Source: Candidatus Latescibacterota bacterium (GTDB lineage Bacteria; Latescibacterota; UBA2968; UBA8231). Taken from it: 64,000 bases of DNA. Location: NCBI GenBank assembly GCA_965204725.1, contig OZ242005.1, positions 832,001 to 896,000 on the forward strand, in the 5' to 3' direction. Within the stretch, counting starts at the first letter, position 1, and each line of letters begins with the position of its first letter. The notes beneath the pieces are model-generated. The model searched no databases. It had not been told where the DNA came from and saw nothing but the letters and a program-made list of their open reading frames with translations. Made by a program: the position numbers and the translations under genes. Positions 48,498 to 59,101 of this stretch are shown in pieces.

Positions 48498-49463
48498 TTA
48501 AACCCCCAATGCCTCGGCGATAAAGCGATACGCCCGCTGGCGGCTGGCGACGGGAAAATCGTGGTCGCAATCTGGATGGATCGCTTGCAGGGCCTCGCCG
48601 GCCCCGTACAGATCGTACACCGCTCGGGCGGTCTCGACCACTGTGGCGACGCTGCGCCAGCGGAAATTGGAGTCGCCCAAAGGCGCAGAGATGAAGCAAG
48701 GGCGCGGTGCTAACGCAGCGATCATATCGTGGAAGTCAAAGGGAAGGTCCTGCAAGGCGTAGTCCTGTAAGCGCGGCATGTAGCGATCGCTGGTCCAGCC
48801 GGTGATATCGCCGTCCATGTAATCTCGGTAGGAATCGAACCCGCAACTGGAGACGACAGCGGCGATGCGCGGGTCGAAAACCGCAGTGTAGATCGAATTG
48901 TGCCCGCCGAGCGAGTGGCCGATGGCGGCGCAAGACGCCCCCGCGACAAAGTGCAGGTCGGCCAGCAGATCGAGGCCGCGCACATTGTCCCATATCGCCT
49001 TCATGGTCCCCGACTGATAGCCGAGAGCACGCCAGTCCGGGCGATAATCGGCCAGCAGGGGATACGCCGGGGCAAGGGCGACAAAGCCGGCTTGAGCCAG
49101 TTCGCTGGCATAAGCGCGGTTGGCGCGGCCACCCAACCCGACGACTCCCTTGTGGCCGATGCGGTCGTCCGTGGGATGGAGGCAAAGCACGGCCGGGGCC
49201 GGAGATTGGAGAGCGGCGTGGGGAATCAGCAAATAAGCCGGCACTCGACAATCCGGCTCGGAGACGTAGGTAATGAACCGACGAGTATAAGAGCCGCAAT
49301 CTACTGTTTCGCCGAATTGAACATCGAGTGGCCCGCGCTTTTCCGGCCCGGGCAGCGGCCCCATGACCTGCTGCATGGCCTTCCACAGAGCAGGGCGTTG
49401 AGCTTCCCAAGCATCCCGAGCGGAAGGCGGGGCGACGAGGCGCAGGCTGGAAAAGACGGGCAT
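48498..49463 (-). CDS. Alpha/beta hydrolase (dienelactone/acetylxylan esterase-like)
   Basis: PAVLCLH, GHSLGG, APRP, HDF. Confidence 0.85.
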   Translation of the reverse strand: MPVFSSLRLVAPPSARDAWEAQRPALWKAMQQVMGPLPGPEKRGPLDVQFGETVDCGSYTRRFITYVSEPDCRVPAYLLIPHAALQSPAPAVLCLHPTDDRIGHKGVVGLGGRANRAYASELAQAGFVALAPAYPLLADYRPDWRALGYQSGTMKAIWDNVRGLDLLADLHFVAGASCAAIGHSLGGHNSIYTAVFDPRIAAVVSSCGFDSYRDYMDGDITGWTSDRYMPRLQDYALQDLPFDFHDMIAALAPRPCFISAPLGDSNFRWRSVATVVETARAVYDLYGAGEALQAIHPDCDHDFPVASRQRAYRFIAEALGV

Positions 49464-49589
49464 AATCAGAAAACAAGCGTTATGGAATACCTAGGCAGAA
49501 AGAGACAGCAAACTATTCAACAGATTCAGCATCCTAAGCCCTCTGAGAGTACCTTAAAACGGGCACCATACTGCGTCAAACCCGTCTCG

Positions 49590-52031
49590 TCAAAAGGCGC
49601 GGAGGGCCTCGGGCCACACTTCGGCGGGAACGGGTGGGCGGGGATGGCTCGCAGGAGACGCCGGATCCTCGGGATGGACGCTGAGGAAAGTGAAAGCGGC
49701 GAACCAACACAGGGCGACTAAGAGCAGGAGACCGAGCGCACGGCCGACTGAGCCTGTTGGCGGAGCGGCACTAACGCCCTCGGCAGGAATTCGGCGGCTG
49801 CCTAAAAAGAGGGCCGTGCCCGCTAAAACATAGATGGCGGCCCCCACTTCGAGCACCCCGCGGATGCTCCATTCCATGCCCAACGCTACGGCCCCGACCG
49901 AGCCGAGCACCGAGAAGAAACCATTGACGGCCCACAGCCAAGGGACGAGCCCGACACGTTGCCCACCGCCCAAGCGCAGACAGGCCGGGAAGCAGGTGCC
50001 CAGCACCATCCCAAGCGGCGCGACGAGGGCCAACGTTAGCCCCACCCGCGCCGGTAGAGACCACGCCAAGGCCCCAACGAGCACCCCATCGAGCAAGAAC
50101 CCATAGAGATAGCAGACGAGACCGACGCCGACGCCGACCAACCCCAACCCCCGAGGATGCGCGAGCGGGCGACACCATCCGCCCGCGAGGCTCCCGGCCC
50201 CCGTGCCCAGCAACAACCCAAAGAGCGCGACCGCCAGCGTTAGCGTCGGATAGCCGAGAAATAGGCCAAAGCGCTGCAAAAGATGGATCTCTACCATCAT
50301 AAAACCCGCGCCCAACCCGGCGACGAACAACGCCCACAGCAGCGGCGATGGCCCGGACGCGCTCGGCTGGCGCGTACTCAGCAGCGGCACCAACATCACC
50401 AGCGCACACGCCAACAACGCGCCGATCAACAGCCGGGTCAGCTTGGAATCCAGCCCGCGCGTCGCGTCGTAAAAAAAGGGCCGGTCGTCGGTCGTCGGCG
50501 AGATGTCGAGCGCGGCCGCAGCGACAAAGTCCGCCAGCGCGGTCGTGCGCAATGCCGCCAGCGCCGGCTGCTCGCGCCGGCCGGGCGAGAAGTACGCGTC
50601 TAGCCCCAACTCCGCCATGACCGCGTGTAGCCGCGCCAACTGCTCGGCTGTATAGGGCTGCTGCTGCACCAGCAACAAGGGGCGGTGGGCCTCCGCTCGC
50701 GCCGGGTCGCCGCGGGGGCCATTGACGACGACGAGGTGATCGAGGACCGCGCTCGGCTCGTGGCCGCGCTGCTCCCACAGCGAGCCTAAGGTGGCGACCG
50801 TCCGCAACATCAGCGCGTGATTGTGAACCACCAAGGCCAGCCGACCGCCTTCGGCCAGATGGTCGAGATAGGCGGCAAACGCCTCGCGGGTGAACAGGTA
50901 GTTCTCGGAGAGCGCGTACCCCACCAAGTCGGCCGCCTCGGCATACACCAAGGGCAGGGCGATTAGATCGTAGCGCACACGGGAACGCTCCAGATAGTTG
51001 CGGCCATCGCCGATGTGCCACTCCACACCGTCCAAGTCGTACAAATGACCGTTGTACTCTCCATAAGAGCGGACCAGCGCGGCGATCTCCGGGTTGATCT
51101 CTACGGCTTCGATTTGCCGCCAGCCGGTCATCAGTGCGTAGAGCACATCGGCCCCGCCGCCCGGGCCGATGATCAGGGCGCGGTCGCGCTGGGAAAAGTA
51201 ATAGGGGAAAAACGCGGCCTCGCGGCGCAAGAAAAACAGCCGCCGGTAATCTCCGGGGAAGCGAAACATGTACGAGCCAGCCCCGCCATCGACGTACAAA
51301 TTCAGGCCGGTGTCGCCCGTGCGATCTACGAGATCGGTGCGCGCATAAGCACTCCAGCGCGTGGCCTGTACTTCTCCGCGATGGCGCGCCGCGCCCAACG
51401 CCCGGAACATCGGCTTGTCAGCGGCCTCGGCCAGCGCAACGAGGTTGACGAGCTCGCGTTGTTGGGCACTGTAGGCGACGACTCCGGTCGCCAAAATAAT
51501 AGGGCCAGCCCATGCCCAGCGGCCCAAAAAGAGCGCGGCGGCCGCCACCGCAAAGACGCCCGCGCTCAACAGGGCACCGACGCCGCCCAACCATTCGAGG
51601 GCCGCCACGACGTAGAGGATGCCGAGGGCCGCGCCGACCAAGTCCCAAAAGTAGAGGATTTGGCTTTGTTGGTGCCGCGCCCGGAAGGCGAGGGCGAGAA
51701 ACGCGCCAGCCGCGATAAAGGGGAGACCGGCCAAGGCGACCACCAGCGGTAGCGGCATGCGGGGAAATTGGGCTAAGGCCAACGCGCCGCCCCCCATGCT
51801 GACGCCGCAGCCAACCGCCCAACAGCCCAAGTGTAGCCGCTCTTCCCGCACCCGCAGCACCGCACTCAGCGCCGCGCCCAACCCCACGCCGCAGATCGCT
51901 CCTGACACCACGAGAAACGTGTAGTGATAGTGCTGCAAAAAGGAAACCAGCCGGACGAGGCCGATCTCATAGCCGATGACGGCCGCGGCCACCAGCCCCA
52001 CGCCGAGCTGGAGCCGCCGCTCAGTGCTCAT
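49590..52031 (-). CDS. Membrane protein with central spermidine-synthase-like SAM domain
   Basis: TM blocks flanking LIIGPGGGADV, AVEINP, GDGRNYL, YDLI, TDDRPFF. Confidence 0.82.
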   Translation of the reverse strand: MSTERRLQLGVGLVAAAVIGYEIGLVRLVSFLQHYHYTFLVVSGAICGVGLGAALSAVLRVREERLHLGCWAVGCGVSMGGGALALAQFPRMPLPLVVALAGLPFIAAGAFLALAFRARHQQSQILYFWDLVGAALGILYVVAALEWLGGVGALLSAGVFAVAAAALFLGRWAWAGPIILATGVVAYSAQQRELVNLVALAEAADKPMFRALGAARHRGEVQATRWSAYARTDLVDRTGDTGLNLYVDGGAGSYMFRFPGDYRRLFFLRREAAFFPYYFSQRDRALIIGPGGGADVLYALMTGWRQIEAVEINPEIAALVRSYGEYNGHLYDLDGVEWHIGDGRNYLERSRVRYDLIALPLVYAEAADLVGYALSENYLFTREAFAAYLDHLAEGGRLALVVHNHALMLRTVATLGSLWEQRGHEPSAVLDHLVVVNGPRGDPARAEAHRPLLLVQQQPYTAEQLARLHAVMAELGLDAYFSPGRREQPALAALRTTALADFVAAAALDISPTTDDRPFFYDATRGLDSKLTRLLIGALLACALVMLVPLLSTRQPSASGPSPLLWALFVAGLGAGFMMVEIHLLQRFGLFLGYPTLTLAVALFGLLLGTGAGSLAGGWCRPLAHPRGLGLVGVGVGLVCYLYGFLLDGVLVGALAWSLPARVGLTLALVAPLGMVLGTCFPACLRLGGGQRVGLVPWLWAVNGFFSVLGSVGAVALGMEWSIRGVLEVGAAIYVLAGTALFLGSRRIPAEGVSAAPPTGSVGRALGLLLLVALCWFAAFTFLSVHPEDPASPASHPRPPVPAEVWPEALRAF

Positions 52032-55000
52032 CTTGGGCCTGCTGCAACTCGGCGAGCATCTGCCGCGCCTTGCGGTGTTCGGGGTCGGCTTCGACCGCCC
52101 GGGCAAACGCGGCCTTGGCGCGGGCCTTTTCGCCGGCCAACAGGTAGGCGTTGCCCAAGTTGTAGTGAGCGCGGGCGTAGTGGGGATCGCGGCGCAACAC
52201 CTCTTGGTACGCCGCAATGGCCCGCCCCAGGGCGCGGCGGCGCAGGTAGATGTTGCCCAAGTTGTTGCGGGCGTCGAGATGCCCCGGCGCCACCGTCAAG
52301 GCCGCTTGGTACGCTTGGCGGGCGGCCTCGTACCGGCCCATGCGCGCATAGACCGCCCCCAATTTGTAGTAAGCGTCCGCGTCGTTGGGGTTGAGCACCA
52401 CGGCCGTTTTGTGGGCCAGCAACGGTTGGTGCTCCTGCTGCAAGGCGCGGAAATAGTCAAGGAGTTGGCGGCCGCGCCCAGGTTCGTCGCGCCGCAACAA
52501 GGCTTGGCCCAAGTGATAGTACACTTCCGCACGGTCTGGGTCGGCCGCTAAGGCCCGCTGCAAAAGGGGTATGGCCTCGGCGTCTAAGTTTTCCTGCAAG
52601 AGCAAGATGCCCAGCCGCCCCAAAAGCGCGGCGCTGTTCGGGGCGTATTCCAGCCCCTGCTGCAAAGCAGCGCGGGCGGCCGCGGCGTCCTCGCGCACCA
52701 TCCAGATCTGGGCCGTCAACTCGTGTGCTTCCGCACGCGCCGGCTGCGCTTGCACCACCCCGGCGAGTTGCGCGAGCGCGTCCTCGTATTGCGCTTGGGC
52801 AAAATGGATGCGCGCCAGTTGCAGCATGAGCTCCACTGCCTCGGGGCGGGCCGCAAGGCCCCGGCGCAAAACAGCAATGGCCGGGCCGTAATCGGTCTGC
52901 CGTGCGTGTAAGCCCGCCAAGTTGAAATAGGCTTGGAGGTAGCGCGGCGACAGCGCGATGGCGCGCTCGTAGAGCGGCACGGCCGCGGCCAACCGCTGTT
53001 GGCGCAGGTGGATGTTGCCCAGCAGGTAGTGTGGCTCGGCCAAGGTGCTATCGAGCGCGATCGCCTGCCGGAGCGCGGCGACCGCCTGCTTGAGCGCACC
53101 GCGGTCGGCATAGAGCCGGCCCAAACCCACGTAGGCTTGAGCCGCGCCCGCGTCGATATGTAAGGCGCGGCGATAATGGGCTTCGGCCTCGTCGTAAGCA
53201 CGCTCTCGCCCGAGCGCGGCCGCCAGCTCGATGTGAACAGCGGCGACCTCCGGCTGCGCCTCGGCGGCGGCCCGCAGCTCGGATAGAGGGGCCATCGGCG
53301 GCAGGGGGGCGCGCGTCTTCTCGGGCAAAACCAAGGGGGCTTCCCGCCAGAATTGCTCCAGTTCTTCGGCCTCGCGCCTTGGGGAGCCGGCCGGCGCGGG
53401 GGTAGCGTCCGCCACCGCTTGCGGCTCCCTCGCATCCGGCTCGACGACCCGCAGCACCTGCCCGGCACGCACATCCGTTAAGACTTGGCGCACCCCCGAA
53501 GGCCACGCGATCTCCACCTGCTCGGCCTGCTCGCTCGTTCCCAGCCCAAAGAACATCCGCTCGTCGTTTTGCGACAAATAGCTCGCCGCACCGCGCTTTT
53601 CTGCCACCAGCGTCCGGCCGCCCACGCGCACCGCCACGCGGGCGCCGTAGCCATCGCGGTTGCTCGCTCGCCCCTCTAATGCCAGCGCCAAGTAGTGCCC
53701 CGCTTGGGTATCGTTGCGCCAAAGTAGGGCGCGTTGCCCGGTGTTGACCAAGAAAATATCCAAGTCGCCGTCGTTGTCGTAATCGGCCACGGCCGAGCCG
53801 CGCCCGACCAAATCCCGCGTGGGCGCGGCCACGCCAGCCGCTGCACTTGCATCGACAAAACGGCCTTGGCCATCGTTGAGGTACAACTGGTCGCTCTGGC
53901 CGTAGGTGGCCTGTGGATCAAACCGATTGATGTCCTCGTCAATGTGCCCATTGGCGACGTAGAGATCGGGGTCGCCATCGTTGTCGGCGTCGAGGAAATT
54001 GATGCCAAAGGCCAGCTTGTCCAAGCTGTTGGCCGCGATGCCCGCGGCCAGCGATTCGTCGGCAAACATCCCGCCGCCCGCGTTGTGGTACAAGGTGTTG
54101 CTCTCCCACTGGAAGTTGGTCATCGCCAAGTCGAGGAGGCCATCGCCGTCGCGGTCGGCCACATCCACGCCCATCGTCCCTTCGGGCTTGCCGCCGGCAT
54201 TGTACGCCACACCAGCCACCAGCCCCACCTCCACAAAGCGGCCGCCGTCGTTGCGCCAGAGAAAATTCGGGGTGGCGTCGTTGCCCTGAAACAAATCGGG
54301 ATCGCCGTCGAGATCGCAATCGACAAACGCGACTCCTAACTCGCGGCCCTCGCGGGTGAGCAGCCCGGCCGCGGCCGTCACATCCACAAAGCGGTCACCG
54401 TCGTTGCGCCAGAGCGCGTTTTGCGCCCCCGGATATTCGGTCGGGGCCAAGTGCCGCCGCGGCCGGCGCAGCGTTCCGCCCGCGCTCAACTCGCCGCGCT
54501 CAAACTCGTAGTGCAAGTAGTTGGCTACGTACAGGTCTAAATCACCGTCGAGATCGTAATCGACAAACGACGATCCGGTTGACCACCGCTCGTCTGCCCC
54601 GATCCCGACGGCCGCGGTCACATCCGCAAAGGCCCAACCCCGCGCCGATCCTTCGTTGCGATAGAGCCGGTTGCGGCCAAAGTTAGCCGCAAAGAGGTCG
54701 GCGTCGCCGTCGTTGTCGTAGTCTCCGGCCGACGCGCCCATGCCGTAGCTCGTGTCTGCCACTCCGAGGCTTGCGCCGACCTCGGCAAAGCGACCACCGT
54801 CGTTGCGGTACAGCGCGTTTTGCGGCCGCACCGCCGAGACGGACCCGGGCAAATCCGCCCCATTGACCGCGTACAAATCCATCCACCCGTCGCGGTTGTA
54901 ATCGAAAAACGCCGCTCCAGACCCAATCGTCTCCACCCCGTATTTGCGCCCGGACCGACCGCTGGTATGCACAAAGTCAATCCCGGCGGCCGCGGTCGCA

Positions 55001-55098
55001 TCGACAAAGCGTACGCTCGGCGCAGGCGGCGGCTCGCTCGCAGCGCAGCCACACACTAAGGCGGCGATACACCGTAAAAACCGACTTGGAATCATCAT
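52021..55098 (-). CDS. CRTAC1/ASPIC-UnbV + C-terminal TPR lipoprotein
   Basis: Lipobox VCGC; FG-GAP repeats; SYLSQND...FGLG...WPSG; then many TPRs. Confidence 0.88.
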   Translation of the reverse strand: MMIPSRFLRCIAALVCGCAASEPPPAPSVRFVDATAAAGIDFVHTSGRSGRKYGVETIGSGAAFFDYNRDGWMDLYAVNGADLPGSVSAVRPQNALYRNDGGRFAEVGASLGVADTSYGMGASAGDYDNDGDADLFAANFGRNRLYRNEGSARGWAFADVTAAVGIGADERWSTGSSFVDYDLDGDLDLYVANYLHYEFERGELSAGGTLRRPRRHLAPTEYPGAQNALWRNDGDRFVDVTAAAGLLTREGRELGVAFVDCDLDGDPDLFQGNDATPNFLWRNDGGRFVEVGLVAGVAYNAGGKPEGTMGVDVADRDGDGLLDLAMTNFQWESNTLYHNAGGGMFADESLAAGIAANSLDKLAFGINFLDADNDGDPDLYVANGHIDEDINRFDPQATYGQSDQLYLNDGQGRFVDASAAAGVAAPTRDLVGRGSAVADYDNDGDLDIFLVNTGQRALLWRNDTQAGHYLALALEGRASNRDGYGARVAVRVGGRTLVAEKRGAASYLSQNDERMFFGLGTSEQAEQVEIAWPSGVRQVLTDVRAGQVLRVVEPDAREPQAVADATPAPAGSPRREAEELEQFWREAPLVLPEKTRAPLPPMAPLSELRAAAEAQPEVAAVHIELAAALGRERAYDEAEAHYRRALHIDAGAAQAYVGLGRLYADRGALKQAVAALRQAIALDSTLAEPHYLLGNIHLRQQRLAAAVPLYERAIALSPRYLQAYFNLAGLHARQTDYGPAIAVLRRGLAARPEAVELMLQLARIHFAQAQYEDALAQLAGVVQAQPARAEAHELTAQIWMVREDAAAARAALQQGLEYAPNSAALLGRLGILLLQENLDAEAIPLLQRALAADPDRAEVYYHLGQALLRRDEPGRGRQLLDYFRALQQEHQPLLAHKTAVVLNPNDADAYYKLGAVYARMGRYEAARQAYQAALTVAPGHLDARNNLGNIYLRRRALGRAIAAYQEVLRRDPHYARAHYNLGNAYLLAGEKARAKAAFARAVEADPEHRKARQMLAELQQAQDEH

Positions 55099-55133
55099 CG
55101 CTTTGATACAGAATGGGTTCTTAGCGACCATAG

Positions 55134-55282
55134 TATAGCAGCTTGCTACGCGACACGATCCCCCAGCTTTCTTAGAAGCGTTCTTAACACTCTTGTTGCT
55201 TTTGGCTCGTCTTGCCTGACGACGCGAGGCGTCATTCCCGCGAAAGCGGGAATCCAGTATTGAAGGATGTAGGATTGCTATA
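55134..55282. mobile_element. MITE-like element (TATAGCA...TGCTATA) with GTCATTCCCGCGAAAGCGGGAATCC palindrome
   Basis: 7-bp terminal inverted match; right part homologous to 1893-1971. Confidence 0.55.
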
Positions 55283-55354
55283 ATTAGCACTTAGCAAATT
55301 TACATGGCCCTAATATATTTGATTGAAATAGATACATTTTCTTAGGAGGTCTTT

Positions 55355-56989
55355 TTGCCGCATCTTTTTCTTTTATTACCCACCGCTTTACTCCTCGCCT
55401 GCACCTCCCCCGAACCCCCGTCCAACCCAGCGGTCCTCGCCCGCGTCGGCGACGTCTCAATCACGCGTGACCGCGTCGAGCGCGCGGCCGTGCGGCTCTT
55501 TCCCAAGAACGCCCCGGGCGACCTCCAGCGCCAAGCACTAGAGCAGCTCATCAATGTCGAAGTCTTGCTGTTGGCGGCCCGCCAAGACGGCCTAGACCAC
55601 GACTTCCAAGTCAAGAGCCAAGTCGCGCAACGGGAGCAAGAGCTCATCCTCAACGAAATGTATCGCCGCGGCGTGGTCGCGGTCGCCGAGGACATCAGCC
55701 GCGACGAGGCTCGCCAGTACTTTGAGGAGCACCGCATCGGCCAGCAACGCCGCCTAAGCCGCATTCTCGCCAGTGGGCCAGCCGCCATCGACCGCGTGCT
55801 TGCTCGCCTGCGGACGGCCGACAGCTTTGCCGCAGTCGCGGGCGAACTCTCCGACGACGGCAACACCGCCCAGCAGGGCGGCGACCTCGGCTGGAAGAGC
55901 CGCCTCGACTTCAAAAACTACGTTCTGCGCCGCCAGATATTTGGTGCCCAACGCGGGGAGATCATCGGTCCCGTGCAGGAGCCCGACGGCTTCTCGGTCT
56001 TCGTGGTCACCGACGAGCGCGAAAGGCCCTTTGCGGAGATGGCCCCGGCCGTCATCAAGGCCATGCAGGAGCAGAAACACGCCATCGCCACATTTGAATT
56101 TCTCGAAGAGCTGGCCAACCGCGCCGACATTGTGGAACGGCGCGAGACCTTTGAGCTGCTTTTGGCCCGGCTCAGCCAAGCCGGCGAAGCAATGCCCACG
56201 TTCAACAAGGGGGAAACCGAACTGGTGCTGCTCGAACTCGACGGCGAGCCGTGGACGCTGAACAACTTCATGGCGGCCATGACCAGCGAGCGCAATCCGG
56301 CCGAGATCCGCGAATTGGCCGACTTGCGGCGCTTCGCCCGGCGCCTCTATGCCCTCAAAATTCTGTTGCCCCGTCACGCCCGCGAAATAGGCATTCACGA
56401 GGCCGAGCGCGTCGCCAAGGGGATTGAGACCACGCGCCGCAAAGCCCTCGTCGAGCGCATCCGCCAAGTCCGAGTGCTCGAAACGCTCAACCCGTCCAAG
56501 GAGGAAATCAGCGCGTACTACGAGGCGCGTAAGGACCTCTATGTGCGTGCGGAGCGCATCTCGATCCTCGAAATCCTCGTCGATACGCGCACTCAGGCGG
56601 ACTCGCTGCTGGCCGCCATTGAACGCGGCGGCGAAATAGGCGAGTTGGCCCGCCGCTACTCGCGGCGCAGCACTCGCATCCGCCGCGCCGAAGGACGCAT
56701 CCAGCTTTTGCGCCCCGACAAGTACGGCAATATCGGGTGGGAGGCCAAAGACGCCGAGATCGGCCAGATCGTCGGCCCGGTCAAGACCGCGCAGGGCTTT
56801 GCGGTCTTCGAGGTGCTCAAGAAAATTCCCAGTCGTCAGCAGACCTTGGACGAGGTCTGGGGCCGGGTGCGCTCTCACCTGCTCCAAGATCAGGCCCGGG
56901 AACGCTTTGATGCGCTGCTAGTCAAACTCAACGCGCAGTACGCCGACCAGATTCACATCTACGAGGACCGCCTGTACAAAGGGACTTGA
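55355..56989 (+). CDS. Parvulin-type PPIase lipoprotein (two rotamase domains)
   Basis: Lipobox LLAC; SFAAVAGELSDD, GGDLGW, IIGPV; ELARRYS, IVGPVKTAQGF. Confidence 0.82.
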   Translation: MPHLFLLLPTALLLACTSPEPPSNPAVLARVGDVSITRDRVERAAVRLFPKNAPGDLQRQALEQLINVEVLLLAARQDGLDHDFQVKSQVAQREQELILNEMYRRGVVAVAEDISRDEARQYFEEHRIGQQRRLSRILASGPAAIDRVLARLRTADSFAAVAGELSDDGNTAQQGGDLGWKSRLDFKNYVLRRQIFGAQRGEIIGPVQEPDGFSVFVVTDERERPFAEMAPAVIKAMQEQKHAIATFEFLEELANRADIVERRETFELLLARLSQAGEAMPTFNKGETELVLLELDGEPWTLNNFMAAMTSERNPAEIRELADLRRFARRLYALKILLPRHAREIGIHEAERVAKGIETTRRKALVERIRQVRVLETLNPSKEEISAYYEARKDLYVRAERISILEILVDTRTQADSLLAAIERGGEIGELARRYSRRSTRIRRAEGRIQLLRPDKYGNIGWEAKDAEIGQIVGPVKTAQGFAVFEVLKKIPSRQQTLDEVWGRVRSHLLQDQARERFDALLVKLNAQYADQIHIYEDRLYKGT

Positions 56990-56994
56990 GCGGT

Positions 56995-57480
56995 TCAATA
57001 AAGCGCGTCCCCGCCAAACCGCATCTTTCCCTTTGAGGCCTCGCCGAAGTACCGTTCTACCTTCTCCCGCGAGCGCGGAAAGTACCGACTCAACTCTTCG
57101 ACTACCGCTTGCACCTTCTCCACGTCTTCTCCCATATCGAGCAAGAGCCGGGCGTACAAAAAGAGCAGTTGCGCGTTGCGGCGATCTACGGCCATGGCCT
57201 GCTCTAGGTGCGTCCGCGCCTCTTCCAGCAGCCCCTCCTCGGCTAGGGCCGTACCCATCAGCAGATTGGCTTCGGCCCCCTCTGGGTACAGCGCGAGCAA
57301 CACCTGCGCCAACTCCCGCAAGGACGTGCCTTTGAGTTGCGGCTGCCCCCGGGCGTGCATGCGTTCCAAAAGATGCCCGTACTCGGCCGTGCGCTGCCGT
57401 TCAAAAAAGGCGAGCCCCGCGCCGACAGCCGCGACTACTAGGAGCAACTTGAGCGAGCGCAAGTATCGCATACGGTCCAC
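56995..57480 (-). CDS. Membrane-anchored TPR-like protein
   Basis: N-terminal TM segment, TPR-like helices; directly after the peroxidase gene. Confidence 0.6.
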   Translation of the reverse strand: MDRMRYLRSLKLLLVVAAVGAGLAFFERQRTAEYGHLLERMHARGQPQLKGTSLRELAQVLLALYPEGAEANLLMGTALAEEGLLEEARTHLEQAMAVDRRNAQLLFLYARLLLDMGEDVEKVQAVVEELSRYFPRSREKVERYFGEASKGKMRFGGDALY

Positions 57481-57481
57481 T

Positions 57482-59101
57482 TCAGCGCACGAGCGTCATC
57501 CGCGCCAAGTGGCGCACCCCACCGAGTTGCGCCGAGACGAGATAGACGCCGCTGGCGACCGCTCGCCCGCCCGCGTCGCGTCCATCCCACGTTAGCCGAT
57601 AGACGCCAGCCGGCCGGTAGCCCCTGAAGAGCCGCCGCACCGCCTGCCCGAGGAGGTTGTACACCTCGACATGGACTTCGCCCGCCGCTGGCAATGCGAC
57701 TGAGATCGCGGTTGAGGCATTGAAGGGGTTGGGAAAATTGAACAGCCGCACGACGTTAGGGCGAGCCGCGGTCGCAGGCACCGGGATCACGAGGTCCGCC
57801 GCGGCCGCCAATTCGAGCCCAGCCGGCGGCAACCCACTGGGGACGCGCGCTGGCACGTGAACCGCTATCGTCGAATCGGTCAGGGCATGCATGAAGGCCA
57901 ACAGGTCTTGCTTCTCCTCGGCGGTCAGGCCCAGCGGCACCAGTTCGGGGTCGATGTTCTCGCGGTCAATCGTCGGTTCGTCGCCGCCGCCGCGGTCGTA
58001 GAATTCGATGACCTCCTCGAGCGTGGCAATGGCCCCGTCGTGCATGTAGGGCGCAGTCTGCGCGATCTGGCGCAAGCCCACCACGCGGAAAGCACCGATG
58101 TCGCGGCGGTTGCCCGAATTGAGGAATCGACCTTCGTCTCTTCCGGTGGGACGCGGAGTGCCGGTATTGGTCGTGGCCGACGCCCGGCCCGGCCCGATCT
58201 GCTCGACCCCTTGGACGCGGAAGCTCGAATCCGTAAACAGTGGGCCGCTGTGGCAGTTGACGCAACGCGCCTTGTCGTGGAAGAGCACCAACCCGCGCTT
58301 TTGCGCTGGCGTCAGAGCCTCGTCGGCGCCCGCCACATAGCGATCGTAGGGGGTGTTGACCGTGTTTTGCTCGCGCTCAAACGCAGCAATGGCCCGGCCG
58401 AAGGTCGAGCGCGTGATGACCGACTGCAAGGGCGTCGGGTCGTGGACGCAACCGAGGCGCGGCAACTGCCGGGCCACAGAGTCGGCTTCGGCCGGAAAGG
58501 CTTGCTCAAACAGGGTCACGTATTCGGGAATTGACCGCAGCCGCGCCAACACGCTATCCACGGCCATCTCGCGCTCGTACGCGTCGCCGCGCAACTCGAC
58601 GCGCACGATGATCGGCCGCAGGGCTTGGGCCTCCAAGCCGCGGTCTTTGCCATCCCACAGCATGAAGCCCTTGGTCGAGGGCTGCCCGGACTCGTCGCCA
58701 TTGTACCCGACGTTGAAGATGGTCATGGTGTGCCGCGCCTCCGAAATCACGGTATCGCCGGTGACCGCCGAATACCCCAGCACCCGATCCGGCCCCAAGC
58801 CCTGACCCGAAGGGCCGGCCCCGAGTTGCCGCCCGTCGGCCATGCCAAAGGTCGGCAGGTGACACGTGCCACAGGCCGTGTCCTTCTCGCCGCTGAGGAT
58901 GGGGTCGAAAAACAGGAGGCGACCCAACTCGACGCGGTTGGGATTGTAGGGGTTGTTGGCGGGATAGGGCAACGGCGGCAGCGGCTGGAGGCCGAAGCGC
59001 GGCCGCAGGTCGTCTTCCTGCCCTAGTGTGCGCACAGCACTGGCGAGTACGACTAGCGCGACTGCGAAGGCTGCTAGAGACTTCCTATTCATCTTCTTCA
59101 T
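57482..59101 (-). CDS. Di-heme cytochrome c peroxidase/MauG family protein with FlgD/T9SS-like C-terminal domain
   Basis: LGRLLFFD, CGTCH, WDG, CVNCH, TAPYMHDG; FPNPFN...WDGRD...VASGVY. Confidence 0.88.
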   Translation of the reverse strand: MKKMNRKSLAAFAVALVVLASAVRTLGQEDDLRPRFGLQPLPPLPYPANNPYNPNRVELGRLLFFDPILSGEKDTACGTCHLPTFGMADGRQLGAGPSGQGLGPDRVLGYSAVTGDTVISEARHTMTIFNVGYNGDESGQPSTKGFMLWDGKDRGLEAQALRPIIVRVELRGDAYEREMAVDSVLARLRSIPEYVTLFEQAFPAEADSVARQLPRLGCVHDPTPLQSVITRSTFGRAIAAFEREQNTVNTPYDRYVAGADEALTPAQKRGLVLFHDKARCVNCHSGPLFTDSSFRVQGVEQIGPGRASATTNTGTPRPTGRDEGRFLNSGNRRDIGAFRVVGLRQIAQTAPYMHDGAIATLEEVIEFYDRGGGDEPTIDRENIDPELVPLGLTAEEKQDLLAFMHALTDSTIAVHVPARVPSGLPPAGLELAAAADLVIPVPATAARPNVVRLFNFPNPFNASTAISVALPAAGEVHVEVYNLLGQAVRRLFRGYRPAGVYRLTWDGRDAGGRAVASGVYLVSAQLGGVRHLARMTLVR

